Source of the DNA: Epiperipatus broadwayi
Taxonomy: Eukaryota; Animalia; Onychophora
DNA length: 64,000 bases
Direction of reading: 5' to 3'
Assembly: GCA_028023455.1 (NCBI GenBank)
Contig: JAQFVV010000009.1
Location: forward strand, 2,418,001 to 2,482,000
Shown here piece after piece: positions 1 to 13,449 of this stretch. Each line of letters starts with the position of its first letter. Position 1 is the stretch's first letter. The position numbers and the translations under genes were made by a program. Below the pieces are notes generated by a model. The model did no database searches. It worked only from the letters and a program-made list of their open reading frames with translations, and was not told the origin of the DNA.

Positions 1-1040
1 TCTTTCTTATATCCATTACATACTTATTTAGGATTGTCTTTAATTCTTCTCTAGAGCTACACTCTTTCTCCTCACCATTTTGTAATACTATTCCCCCCCC
101 CCCACATTCCTTTTTTTAATATATTTCCAAAAAATTTTTACTATCACCTCTTCCACTTTTAATAATATCCTCCAATAATTTACTATTTAATTTCATTCTC
201 TCTATATAATTATCTATTTTAGCCAACCTCTTTTTATTTAAATAGCTTTCTCCTTTAATATTAACATCTTTTTCACTTTCTTTGTTTTTAATAACAGATT
301 TATATTCTCTGCATGTTTTCTTCCACTCTTTTACAGTTTTACTAATTCTCACTTTTCGATTTTATTCTTCTAAATATTCTCATCTAAAACTCTATTTGTC
401 ACTTTTCCTACTTTACCACACCAGTTCTTATATTCATCCCCAACAAACTTTTCCATAATTTCTTCTACTTTTATATTCTTTTAACTTAATCTTATCAGTC
501 ACTTTCCATCCACATCTTTCACTATCTTTTCTACTTTTATTATTATTTTCCTTACACTACTAATCATTCTATTATAAAGAAATTTTGATCACTATTACAT
601 ACTCTCTCTTCATTATTAAACCCTTTAATTTTCCATATATTGTTCATGTCCTCTTTATTTACTAATATGTAATCTATTGTGTGTAATATATTATTTCTAG
701 ACCATGTGATAAATTTCAAATGCTCAATTTCACTTTCTGACCAAAAAAAATCACAAATTGTCCCTTCTTATTATAGAGGTCATCAATTTCTTTAATATGC
801 TCATTCATATCCCTTTAACCATTATTTTCTTCCCCCCTTTTTTTTGAAACTTTTTATATCCTTAAATAGGCATTCCTATATACTACTGTTACACTCCATT
901 AGAGTTTGACTATCTCCAGTGGCCATATACACTGTATCACCATTCATTCTTGTCTTTCTAACCTTATCTCAAACCACAAATATTCTTGACACTTACAGAA
1001 TCTTTAAATATGTTTTGATATAACTCCTATATCACCAACC
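1..1040 (-). mobile_element. Degenerate non-LTR retrotransposon (LINE), APE endonuclease plus linker, runs out of the window
   Basis: Minus-strand translation near 600-720 gives KFITWSRNNILHTIDYILVNK then SDQ (APE motifs TW..IDYIL..SDH); multiple stops and frameshifts; includes the Lys/Glu-rich ORF 116-352. Confidence 0.75.
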
Positions 1041-2080
1041 CATTTTTATTTTTATTTTCTATTTATACTATAAGCTAAATATAAGCAATGTCATCTTGTA
1101 TTCTATTATTAAATTACTGATTTTTTACTTTGGATTATTGATTAGTTATTTTAATTAAACTCCATGTTATCATACATTTTAATTTTTGCATGATTTCCAT
1201 AATTATTAGAGAAAAATATTCAGTAAAAAAATGAATCTATTCTTTTCGACTGTAATGATATCAACAAAAAGAGTTTAAGAGTAGAATTTAATGGGCACTT
1301 TAAAATTGATATTATGATTATGTACTTTTTTAAAAAAAAAACTGAGAGATAATTCTCTATAATTTATACAGAAACAGTAAACATATGTAAGTTAAGTAAT
1401 CTTTTTTGCAAAAGACAATCTATGCAATTTAGCACAATGATAATAAAATAATCAAAGAGTTTATTGCTCTGAAGTTAATAAGAGGTTTGAGCACAGAAAA
1501 TGACAAAGTGGAGCAATGATTGATGGATCTTTAAATCAGGATCTGTCATTCTATCATTGTACTAAACCATGTAAAGCAATGCAGTGGTTGAGAATGGTGG
1601 ATCAAGAACAAAAGCTTTCTGGATTGATTTTTAATTTTTAGTTTAGCTATCTAGATATCACGTATAAGAAGGTTGCAAGATTTGAATGTTTTCTAAATGT
1701 TATAGTAACAATGGGGTAAGAAATCTATTTTGTATCAAATTTGAAGATATTATTACAATATTATAATTTGTTAAAGATGAACTTTAACAATCAGGATCTA
1801 TGAATATTATAAAAAAATTTAGATTGATAATAAATGCAACTAAAGGAGTAGAAATAAATAAAATGAGAAAATGTTTAAAAATTATAAAAGAAAAAATATA
1901 TAGCAGATTAATAATTTTAAATCTTAAGAAACTGATTAACTCATGAAGAAAATAATAATACAGAAATTATAATAATTGTGTTCTTCATCCTACGTTATTT
2001 ATACTTCCTAATTTAACAGACTTTTAATAAAAGTCAATGAAATTATTTTCAAAAGAAGCTTGTGAATGTTTTAGCTATGT

Positions 2081-2514
2081 AATGTGATGTGATGTACTGT
2101 GACTCCTCCTTAAATGGAGTCAGAAATCTCTCAACAACTATGCCCAAAAAAACCTGTTACCACTTTACCTTTCCCTTCTGTTCCCCACCCTAAGCTTTCC
2201 CATAATCTGCTCCATCCCATTTCCACAACATAATCTTTGTCATCTCTATGGTTTTTAGATCTAAATCCCCCTTATCTTTTCCCAGCCCAGCATAAAAACC
2301 AATAACCCACTTTCTGTATAATCACTTTGTTCATATTTATTCTTCCATAATTTCATTATTTGTACCCTTTCTGCTTTCAAGCATTTACATTCAATCAACA
2401 GATGCCTAATATTTTCTATGCCTTCCTTATACAATTTTCAGACTAAGTTGCCCATATTTTTCCATTTACATGTATATTCTCTTGTTTCTAAAGATCCCGT
2501 TCAAGCCTTAAACA
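2081..2514 (-). mobile_element. 3' end of a LINE with (ATCAC)n tail; same family as 41380-43040
   Basis: Reverse complement aligns along its length with 42600-43040 (roughly three quarters identical by eye) and ends in acatcacatcacatt. Confidence 0.85.
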
Positions 2515-2867
2515 TGTAGCTTTATGTAGAGCAGATTCTTGTACGATTGTAAAGAAAATGAAAACATATTGAAGATTCTAGAGAAAGAAAATAGCAAACT
2601 AGAAATATAAGATTAAAAATGTAGAAATATTGAAAAATTAAAGAATTAAAAAATATATTTATTAAGAAATTTGAAAGATAAAGAGAGAGAAATTATAAAG
2701 AAATATTGAAAAAAGTTCTAAGCAAATTATATATTAGAAGCAGGCACTGCTAACTAAAATCATGCTATCCAATAATAACATTTGTTTCAGACGTACTATT
2801 TCTAAATGGCCCGATTTTAGTTTACAATAGCTGTTTCTAATTGGTATTTTTTTTTCCATATGTTATA

Positions 2868-2956
2868 GCATCGGCAGGGAGGCGAACCGGCAACAACCGT
2901 CTGCAAACAACTGCTTGCTTGCAAGGCGGCTGCGCTGACCTCTCGGCTAACAACGC
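2868..2956 (-). pseudogene. tRNA-derived sequence (SINE head or tRNA pseudogene)
   Basis: Minus strand GCGTTGTTAGCCGAGAGGTCAGCGC...GCCGGTTCGCCTCCCTGCCGATGC: A-box-like TAGCCGAGAGG, B-box-like GGTTCGCCTCC, partly paired acceptor stem; anticodon and T stems broken. Confidence 0.6.
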
Positions 2957-3270
2957 TTTTTTTGTTTGGTTACATTATAACTGAAATTTATCTATAAAAT
3001 CCCATCAACATTATTAATATTTATAAATAAACTAGTGAAAAAGACAACATATGAGTAAACAAAGTACTATAATTTATATCAGTATAAAAATAAATATCAG
3101 TATATAAATAAATATGTTATACCCAGTTTATTGCATGACTACCGTCTTGATTTATATTTACCTAAATGTTTGTATATATACATATACACATACTATTTTA
3201 ATTATTCACTTTCTAAATATGATAAGTTCTTCTATTGTTGGAAATCTGCTCTTTGATATACTTTTTTTAA

Positions 3271-3519
<249 letters not shown>

Positions 3520-5449
3520 TAAATCTATTTTTTAAATGTAAATATACGTATATGTGTAGATTTCAAGTTTTGATTAAATGATACTTTTTATTAAATAGTT
3601 AGCTATTGCTACCAGTACCCCCCCCCATTGTGTGTGTGTGTGTGCTTTTTTTTTTTTTTGCAGATTGTAAATGAACGCATTCACAGACACAAACTTTTGA
3701 GCCTGCAAAACTTTATTAATGCACATGTAATAAGTAAAAAATATATTTCATCTTTAATAAAATAGAACATAAATCTATATTTAAAAGATATATAATAATA
3801 TTTAAATTAATGAAGAGTGATAAACAATCTTTTATGTATTTATTAAAAGACTTATAGTCAAAGAGAGCTTCCTTAAAATATCGACACTTGTAAAATGAAT
3901 TATATATATATATAACATTAAAAACCAGTCAACACTTATACAATTCTAATATCAATAACAATCAACAATCTCAAATTGTTGTCAAGGTAGCCTCCTTTTA
4001 ACAACAAAGATGGAAATTTCTCACGAATAAATGAATTCATAGTATTATTTATGAAGATGTATAGCATCACCCTGAATATCTTAAATATATATATATAAGA
4101 AAATATTCTCATTATTTAATATAGAATGCTAAATATTTTAATCATACATTTATTAAAAGAATGCAACTGTGCTACAAATTTTGCACATCTAAATATTTGA
4201 ACGTTAATGATGATGAAGTATATTATATTAAAAATCAATAATCTATTCTATTTATTCTTCTCCAAAGTCATCTATTATAAACTTAAATAATTAATGGATA
4301 TTAAATAACAATGCCTTTTAAAGGCATTGACTATATTTTCTAGTTATTAGCCTTTTTCATTGATGAGCATAGGATTTGCTCCCACATGTCAGATATCCAT
4401 TTTTTTATATATATATATAATTCAGGATAATGACTTGAATATTTTAAACATTTAAGCTTTTGAATTTATGTCAAATAGTTTTTATAATTAGATAAATCTG
4501 AGATTGATCTCAGTTTTATGCTAAAGGTACCTATGACTTATGTCAAAATATAGTATATATTAAAATGTGTTGTTTAAGTCTCAGCTTAAGATCAACAACT
4601 TCATTAAAAAAATATTCTATTTACTTTCATCCAAATCTATCTATTGAAAATTTAAATAATCAATAGATATTATATAGCAGTATCTTTCAATTCTCCAAAT
4701 TGGTTTTTTACTATTGGCCAAAATCAAAATACTCACAGTTAGCATTTCAATGAAATTATAAAAATGTATAGCTGCTGGTCTGTAGTCAAATTTTTGCACT
4801 ATGTAATCAATTTCATTTGAGTTCAAACCTTATTCTGTTGGAATTTTTTCAAGTCATTATCTTGAATAGTGTATTAAAAAAAATACAAATGGTGAAGCTG
4901 CAAATCCAAAAATCCTCATTAGATCAGTAGCCAAAAACTGGTTTAGGAATTGAAAAAGCACTACAATAGACCATTAATTCCTCAATTTTATAATAAATGG
5001 TTTTGAAAAAATAGAATAAAATTACTGATCTTAACTTGTAGATGTTGAAAGTAAACTGAGAATCATTTGATTTTTTATTTGGTGTAATAAAGTGCACTCA
5101 TATAAACTTTTGTCATAGTTATATCAAACATACTGCTCACAAAATTTGCTTTAACTAAATTAAGCACTACAATAATAGGCTAATCTTGCATTCCATTTCC
5201 ATGTAAAGTATTATTTTGACTAATAGACAGAATTAACAACATTTTGTAAAGATAAAAACATACATAATCTCACTTGTAAATAATAAAAAATTCAAGAAAA
5301 ATATTAGTAGTAAATTATAAATATAATTCACCATTATGCTAATAGTCAATCTTTAAAAAAATATATAAAGGAATAAAATTAGAATGTTAATATCCAAAAT
5401 TATTTAAATAAATTATATAATTCTATAATATTCATAATATTGATAAGCT

Positions 5450-6400
5450 ACTATTAATGAACATTTAGGATTCTAGGAATCTTGTGGGAATTGACTTGTT
5501 TTTAGATTTTGTTTCAAAATGTTTTATTTACGTTTTGTCCCATTACTTACATATTTGATTAATTTCTTTTTTTCTGTGGATTGTTTTGCATAGATATTAA
5601 AATATAACCATATTGTTTCAATATTTAAAACAAAGATAAAGATTGATGAAAATAATAGACCTTTAGTGATTATTACACTTTCTAAATTGCTTGAATTGGT
5701 GTTTTAAGCCATGTTGCTACATCATTTCTCTTTTAATAATATACTTCAGTGATAAACAATTTGATTTCTTACTGGGGGCAATTAGTGAACATTTACTTTA
5801 CATTGCTAAGTCTTTGAAAACCTGTCAATGTAGTATTGGTATTTACTTTACCAAAACTTTTGACTCAAATTCAGCAATAATATTCTCTATCTTAAATACT
5901 TCTGATTATTTTCTGGACAGATTATTACTTACTTAAAAAATTTGAAGTCAATGGTAAAAAGTTGGCATTATTGTTAGTATATTTTGTTTATTAATAAAGA
6001 AGATCTGCAGGTGTCAGTTTTAGAACCATTGTTGTTTGTAATATAATTAAATGATATTTTTGCTTTATCTCTGTATTCAAGTTTAAAAGCATGTGTGGAA
6101 AATCTAACATCTGGGATATCTCAAAATTATCTAGAAATTTCTATTGTGCAAGATTTATTTATTATGAGAAATTGTTTGAGTTCAAATAATTTTACCATAT
6201 ATCTAAATAAAATGAAAGAGATTATGTTTGATTTAGTACAGGCATATCAGAAACCACTTGTAATCAAAATATGATAATGTTATGACAATAATTGTATCTC
6301 TCACAAATGACGAATTTGCTAGTTAAAAAAATTTATTTTGAAATATCGATAGATCCATGATTATAATGGAAATAGTCTTATCAGTATCCTTGGAGTTTAT
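5450..6400 (+). mobile_element. Degenerate LINE reverse-transcriptase remnant (CR1/L2/Jockey-like)
   Basis: DKQFDF...IGIYFTKTFDS (cf. QFGF...IF.DLSKAFD) in ORF 5691-5936 and QVSVLEPLLFVI*LNDI (cf. QGSVLGPLLF.IYINDL) near 6010-6060. Confidence 0.7.
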
Positions 6401-6559
6401 TACTAAGATTTAATTATTTACTTATCTAATTTTTTCCCTAATAATAGCTTATTATTTATTTATAAATTTTTCTGTTAATGGATTTTATTGTATGCATTTT
6501 AATATGTTAAACCTTTAAACATCACATGATCACTATCTCCCATGCTTGCTCATAACTGT

Positions 6560-6670
6560 TGTTAAAATAGCCAAAACTCTCTCCATATAGTAGAGCCATG
6601 CCATTCATTGATTACTCTGTCTTGCTTTGAGTGGCACTATTGTATGGAGAGAGTTTTGCCTATTTTAACA
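6560..6670. mobile_element. 111-bp foldback/MITE-like unit; homology to 9888-10175 continues leftward to about 6505
   Basis: 28-bp inverted arms TGTTAAAATAGCCAAAACTCTCTCCATA / TATGGAGAGAGTTTTGCCTATTTTAACA (27/28) plus inner TGCCATTCA/TGAGTGGCA. Confidence 0.75.
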
Positions 6671-7489
6671 TTTATAATATGGGGAGGGGCAAGTTGAGCT
6701 GTGCTCTCTCCTCTTTATATTCTGCACAAACGTACATTATGTATTATATTAGGTAAAGGGTGATTAGATGCAGTGAAAGATTTGTTTGTTAAATATGATA
6801 TATATTCAATAAGTTTTATCTACATAAAAGTATATTAAAAACATATATTGATGTATGTTATGACATATTACTTTTATTTATGAGAGAATCATGCGTTTTT
6901 TCCACTATGCACACATGAATGTGCCAAACTTGCTTAAACCTCATAACTATCTTAACTATTACTTACTTAATAAAACATTGGGACATTTGGCATTTACGTC
7001 ATTTTTTTACATATTTCTAGTTTTAAAAGACCCTTGAAGAATTTAACTTTAACAAAAGTTGATGATATATTGTTATTTGTTTAATTATTTGCTGTTACTA
7101 GTTACTATTTGAATTTTGTCCATTTAATTTTATATAATCATTTTCTATTTGTTTTTAATAATTCTTTTCCTACCTTTATAAATTCGAACACTGCTGAAAA
7201 TTTAAATTAACATTAATTTTATTATCTAGTTTAATATAAAAAAAATATTTGTTGTATTGTATATAGCTTTATTTAATTAATGACTATATAACATTTAAAA
7301 TACAAAACATGCTTATAATTTTTTATCAACATAAAATTTTTATTTAGTAATAATTAAAACAAAAAAATCAAAGTAATACTTTGTAAAAACAATCTTTTTT
7401 GAATTTATAAAAGATAAGATTTGAAGGTAACCATTGTTTAAAAATTAAAGTTATGTTGTTAAAAAACAATTATGGAAAACTCTATAGAT

Positions 7490-7888
7490 CAGGGGCCCCC
7501 AACCTTTTTGCACTTAAGAGCACATTCTATAATACCGGCCAGGTGGCGGGCACCATTTATTTTTTTCAACCAGATTGTGGGCACCATTTATTTTTTCAAT
7601 GTAAATTTATAGTTGGATATTGTTAATAATACACATAATGGACAAAAAAATATTTATTTCAAAATTAAAATTTTAACATATAATTAACGTTTATATTTTT
7701 ACGCTGTAAAAGTATAGTGTGCCCTACAATTTGATTACAATATAATACAATAATTTATAAGAAATTTTAAAAGTTAAATTTATTTGTATCAGATAAATAA
7801 TTTTTTATCGTGTTCGGATAGCAGCGGGTACATGTAAAATTGTCTGCGGGCACCATGGTGCCTGCGGGCATAGGGTTGGGGACCCCTG
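7490..7888. mobile_element. hAT (Charlie/Buster-type) MITE, 399 bp
   Basis: TIRs CAGGGGCCCCCAACCTT / AGGGTTGGGGACCCCTG; perfect 8-bp TSD CTATAGAT (7482-7489, 7889-7896) with central TA; repeated subterminal GCGGGCAC-like motifs. Confidence 0.95.
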
Positions 7889-9887
7889 CTATAGATGATT
7901 CAACTGTTGTAAAAAAAATGACAATAAAGTTATAAACATTACAATATTAAATAGAAAACCTTAATGTATGGAATTAAAAAAACAAACAAAAACAATATAG
8001 TTTTACCATCTCTTAAAATTATTCAAATTCAACAAATTAGTATAATGTAGAAAGAGTTAAAACAATGTTTTTTTTTTTTAGAGTAAAGTAAAATCGATAT
8101 TTAAAAATGGTAAATAAATAGTAAAACAAAGCTAAATAAAATGCATGTATTTATACATATGAGTATAGGAGAAAGTGAAGCGTGAATTCCAGTATTTTAC
8201 TGTAAAAATAACTTGCGTTAAAATTTCATTTTCCCCCAAAGTTTGTTCATAAATAATATGATAATGTTGTTTGAGGCTGGATAAAAATAGAAGTATATAA
8301 ACCAAACCCATATACCACCATTGAGTTGAAAACAAAATTTGTTATTTTGATAAATGTTCAGAGTGAATTTCTAAGAAGATTTGTTGAAGACTACTCTTAA
8401 AATTAGAGTCGAAAAAAGACTAACCCTTGCACCCTTACATTTAAATATTTATAAATAAAATGATAATAAATAGCTTTGTTTTAGAATAAAAAATTAACTT
8501 ATCTTTATTGCAAGACCAAGGAAGGTTTTTAATTGCCTATATGCATAAGCTGCTTTATTTACTGCCTCACGTCTCCATAATGATTACATGAATAATCAAG
8601 TGATCAACCTTCAAAATCTGTTCGTTATATAATAACTAAAAGCCAATCAGAAAATGATGACATTTCCAAACATTCTATTAAGGCATAGACATGCCAGAAA
8701 AGTCTGTATTAAAAGATTCTAATAGACTACAGTTGGTCAAAGATTCTTTGACATGTCATTAACAAATTTTACTCCATATATTAATGAAGCAGGTTGTATT
8801 ACTATGGTTCATACCAACCTCCTCTTAAAAGAAGCACTGAGAATGGCCAATCTCCCATATCAGCAATTGGTGTCTGCTATGGATAATCTTATTTCAGGAT
8901 TTCAGCATAATGATGATACACAGAATGTATTCACTCTGTTTACCAAACCCTTATTACTAGGAAATGGTTTATAATAAAAAGCTTATAGTAGATATGATAG
9001 GACTTCAAAAGTCCCTATCTCAGAATCTTCAATAACAACCAATTATAATATTGATTCAATTATTTTTAATAATGGAACTTAAAAATAATCTTTGTTTCAT
9101 GAAGATTAAAATACACATTTTGTTCAATATCTTTCAAGAGCATCAAATTTCAAGAAGAGAGTTCAGAATTATTAGTGAGAAAAATATTCTTTGCTAGATT
9201 CCAGTGTAGCATGAGAATTTATGTGAAGTGTATACAAATATAAACCGTGAAGAATTTTATATGATTGTTGTATATACTGGATTGCAGAAATTATAATTCC
9301 AATTTTCTGGTTTAAATTACCACTTGAACTATGGAATGTATAAAAAACCAAGAAACTATTCTTTTATTTGTTTAAAATAAACTATTTTGTTTTTAAAAAA
9401 AAACAAAACTATGAAACAATTTTCTGGAGTTAAATATTATATAAAATAAAATATTTAGAGTTTATTAATAAATTAAAATCCATTTCTATCCCTATGTGTA
9501 TACATGCATGCAAAGTGCAGCTCTTCAAAAAGAAATAGTGAAAAAGAAGGCATACTAAAAAAAAAAATGTTTAAGTTCACTTGCAATCTGAAAAAATTTC
9601 AAGTTTTATATAGAATATCATTAAAATATATAAATTACCTACTGACTAATGTTTTGGAAAAATAACATTTGTCTTCATTAAGTAAAGTTTATTATATGAC
9701 TATTGCAAAGATAAAAAAGTTGTAAAAAACCAAATTTTTTACAGTTTTTCTAGATCTTTGTAATGATCACATAGTACCATCTTTATCCAACTGCAAGCAA
9801 ATTATAAAAACATTAGTGATTACAGGTTTTAATATTTCAGCTTCTGTAATCTTTTGCTCTAGAGAATCTTCATTTCAATATAATTTA

Positions 9888-10175
9888 TTATTAAAACAGG
9901 CAAACTCTCCACACAGTAATGCCATTCAGTGTATGCCAGAGTAATCAATGGATGCCAGAAGGCTTGTGTATAAAATCCCTATCTAGTGCCTGCTCATCCA
10001 ATATCTCCAGACTAGTTTCTAGCTTGTGGCTTTCATCAGTGAGGAGCCTTGGATCTGAGAGCATTGCATCTAGATCTTAGAATCTAATGCAACCAGTTTT
10101 GCCTGTTTTAATAACAGTTATGAGCAAGCATAAGAAATGATGATCATGTGATGTTTAGTGGTTTAATAATTTATT
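9888..10175 (-). mobile_element. Inverted-repeat element related to 6505-6670, carrying an extra ~140-bp hammerhead cassette
   Basis: Arms TTATTAAAACAGGCAAAC (9888) / GTTTTGCCTGTTTTAATAA (10096-10114). Reverse complement of 10096-10175 matches 6505-6578 and 9888-9960 matches 6600-6670. Confidence 0.75.
9981..10075 (-). ncRNA. Minimal type I hammerhead ribozyme motif in an extended hairpin
   Basis: Minus strand ...CUCCUCA CUGAUGA AAGC CACAA GCUA GAAA CUAG UC^UGGAG... Complete core (CUGAUGA 10039-10033, GAAA 10019-10016, GUC with C17 at 10010), 3-bp helix II, palindromic ACUAGU helix III; helix I extended by ATCCAA/TTGGAT, TGCTC/GAGCA, TGC/GCA and ATCTAG/CTAGAT. Confidence 0.75.
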
Positions 10176-11464
10176 ATTACTGTTAATACTTTACAGTTTA
10201 ATCTATTATTATTTAATTCAATTGTTACTAATTTTTTTTCTTTTCTGAGCCAAAGTATTATCTGGTAAAATGAGAATACTCACAGAAAGGGTAATTTTTT
10301 TAATATTTCACTTTTTTACTGCCTAGCATGCTTTCAATATATATTTTACTGTATTATATTCATGGCACATAGTAGAGTGATTAAATAGTTCTTTATCTCA
10401 GTATTTAAAATATGTTGTAATTATGCTAGCAGTAATAAAGCTAAATATAAAAAAATAACTATCTTTTCTGTAAGTATTTTTATTTTATCAGATATCTATT
10501 ATTATTACAGTTGTTACTCTATAATTAATATTTTGGGTTTATATATATATACACTCTAATTTACTAGTGTCAAACTTTCTGATTAAAATTTTTACTTTAT
10601 CTTTTAAGAATATGGGATCGAATGGAAGTTTTTAAGTGCACATAGACACATTTTGTATATACAATAGTATAAAAGAAGCATAAAACAAAATAAATTTTTA
10701 ACTCTAAAATCGAACTGAGTGGCAAAGACTGAAAGAATAAATTTATAGAAAATAAATAATTACCTTGGACAAATCTTTACTGACTAAACAATGATAAAAA
10801 GGGAGAGTAGATGATAAAAATATGTCCATCTAAATATAATATATAATTCTGTAAAAGTATTAAGCTATAAAATAGTGCAGTAAGTTTTTCCTTCTTTGGT
10901 TTGCCCACAAACTAACTTAATTAAAAGCTTTTCACAATAAATCAATGGCAAATTAGTTTTTCTGATATTTAGCTTGCTGGAATTGTATTAATTTTAGGAG
11001 CATCTTCTCACGTTTTTTTTATATAAAAAAAAATAGTAATGTAAAAAAGTTTGAGTTAGAAATTTATAAATATATTGGAATAATTTTGGTCTGCAGGTAC
11101 TGGTGCCAGCCAAAATTTCAAGAATTATAAAAAAAGCAATGAATTATTTTAATAATCATTGCATCTTCACATAAGTTAAGGCTTCATTATTTTACATAGA
11201 ATTTTACTATCAGAGCTCATTAAAGTTTGTGTTGAAGCTATAAATATAAATAAATTGTATTAAAGATCAGCAAAAAATAACGTATTCCAAAAAATATACA
11301 ATAGTAGTGAATAGGCTATTTTCCTGATCAAGATATTCTGATTTCCACAAACTGTGAAGGTAAACAAGTTTGTGTACATTTTATTAAAAAAAACAACAAC
11401 AACAGTGGACTTTAAATAGCTTTTAAATAGTTGTTGCATTCTTTTACAGAAAATCAAGTTAGTC

Positions 11465-11642
11465 AAATGCTGGATTGTTTTATCCTCTACCCTTAATAAG
11501 AATTGTCAGATAGCTATATAAAAAAAATACCCATTTACTAACCAATAATTGGAAAAATGTTGGATTGTTTTATCCTCTACTCTTAATTAGAATTGTCAGA
11601 TAGCTTATAAAAAAATACCCATTTACTAATCAATAATTGGAA
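11465..11642. repeat. Two-copy tandem duplication, ~90-bp unit
   Basis: aaatgYtggattgttttatcctctac...caataattggaa starts at 11465 and 11555 with few differences. Confidence 0.9.
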
Positions 11643-13449
11643 GTCTAGATAGTAGTCCATTGCCTGAATAAAAAATCTTATCTGAAAAAAAATTCATGTT
11701 TCACTCAGAGTGTAGCAGATAGGAATGTTAACCGCTATACCGTGAAGCTCTATGGTTAAATGAATAAGTTTCTTAAAATTAGAATAATGTTTACGGAATA
11801 TAACCATATAAATTTCATGCACTTTTTATTTTTTAAAAAGAAAAGAATTTTTGCAATAAAATCATTGAATCATTAATTTAAATGATTAAACTAGTTAATA
11901 AATAGAAATGATTAACTGATTTATTAAAATATTTTCTTTTTCCTTCAATAATTGTTTAATTAAATTTAATCAAGTTGTTTTAGAAGAAAGTACAGTATTT
12001 ACTAAAATATAAAATATTTATTATTACTTGTATATTTTTATAACAAAATATTTATATGTTGACTTTTCAAAACAATTATTAAAATTTAAATTTTCTATCA
12101 TCATTTACAAATTACAGCACATGATTTTTTTTTAATGCCTAGATAAAAAAAGATTATAATGAATATTATTTTTTTAATATAGATATTATCAAATAATGCT
12201 TATATAATCAAATATAAAAAGATCATATTTTAAAAATAAAATTTTAAGTGTTTTAATAAAATATTCCTCTCCCTATTTAACTTCCATGTGAACTTCCAAA
12301 AACTCTTTTAAATAATTAAACATTGTAAATTATTGATTAATAAAATAAAAAATATATATTTTTAAAAATAATTAAAAAATTGTTTACACGACTGATTAAT
12401 GATGTGTTAATCACTCAATAATAACTGAAAGAGATAATTTATTTAATAAAATATTTATGTAATTTTTCACTATTCAAACATACTTTGTGGATATATATGT
12501 AGTTTTTTTTTTTAAATAAATAATTATTTAATTACGTGAACATAATAAATTATTATTTATATAATAATTTAAATAATAAAAAAAAATGAATTAAGAAAAT
12601 TGTTTTTCATCTCGGGGCCGTACATATTGTGATTATACACAATTATTAATTTTGATCTAATCCTTGGCATTTAGATAAGCTTAAGATTTTGATTCAATAG
12701 CTAGCTAGAGATTTTTTCCTCCATACTATAATTTAACTCATATTAGTAAATGATATATATATATTCTTATTTAATTTTCGAAAACTGATTACAATGTTAC
12801 AGGTCTATAGTCTTCCTCCTCTGTTCTTCTCTATCTATCTGTCTCCCTTTGTAGATATATAAAATCTCACAATTTAGCTATTCTTAGCTAGAGGGCAAGA
12901 TAACTATGAAAAAGCTCTAAAACCCTCACTACCCTGTCTTTCCTTTACTGTTCTTTTTCGGCAATTATCGAAGAGATTTTGCTCTGCAATGGATTATTTA
13001 AAGGCTGTTTTATCTTTCCATGTCTTTTATTAGGAGTAGTATTTACATACTTTTAAATTATTTTTAATCCCTCTTACTTTCTCTCTTTATATATATGTTT
13101 TTTATTATTTATTATATGATTTTTATAGTAATTTTATTCTCTTATAAACTTGATTTTTGTCAAATATATATATAGTATAAAATTGCAAATAAGGAATAAT
13201 AATACAAATTGCAAAAAATAATAAATAAATTAATTAGATTAATATTCGAAATCCTTCAAATTTTTTTTATTACAAATGAATCTTAACAATATATTTATAT
13301 ATCTATTGGTCGTATATAAACAACTATAAAGAATACTTTTTAAGATTGCAATTATTAATCCCAGTTTTCTTTTGTTAAATGGAACAAAGTAATATAATTT
13401 GCAAGCAATACTGTGCAATTTTTTTTTTTAAAACTATATCTATCAATTA

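Noticed and set aside
4360-4393. TTGATGA-GCA...TGC-TCCC-ACATGTC and a similar trace at 19215-19244
   Set aside because: Core too degenerate (no CUGA and/or no GAAA) to distinguish from chance.
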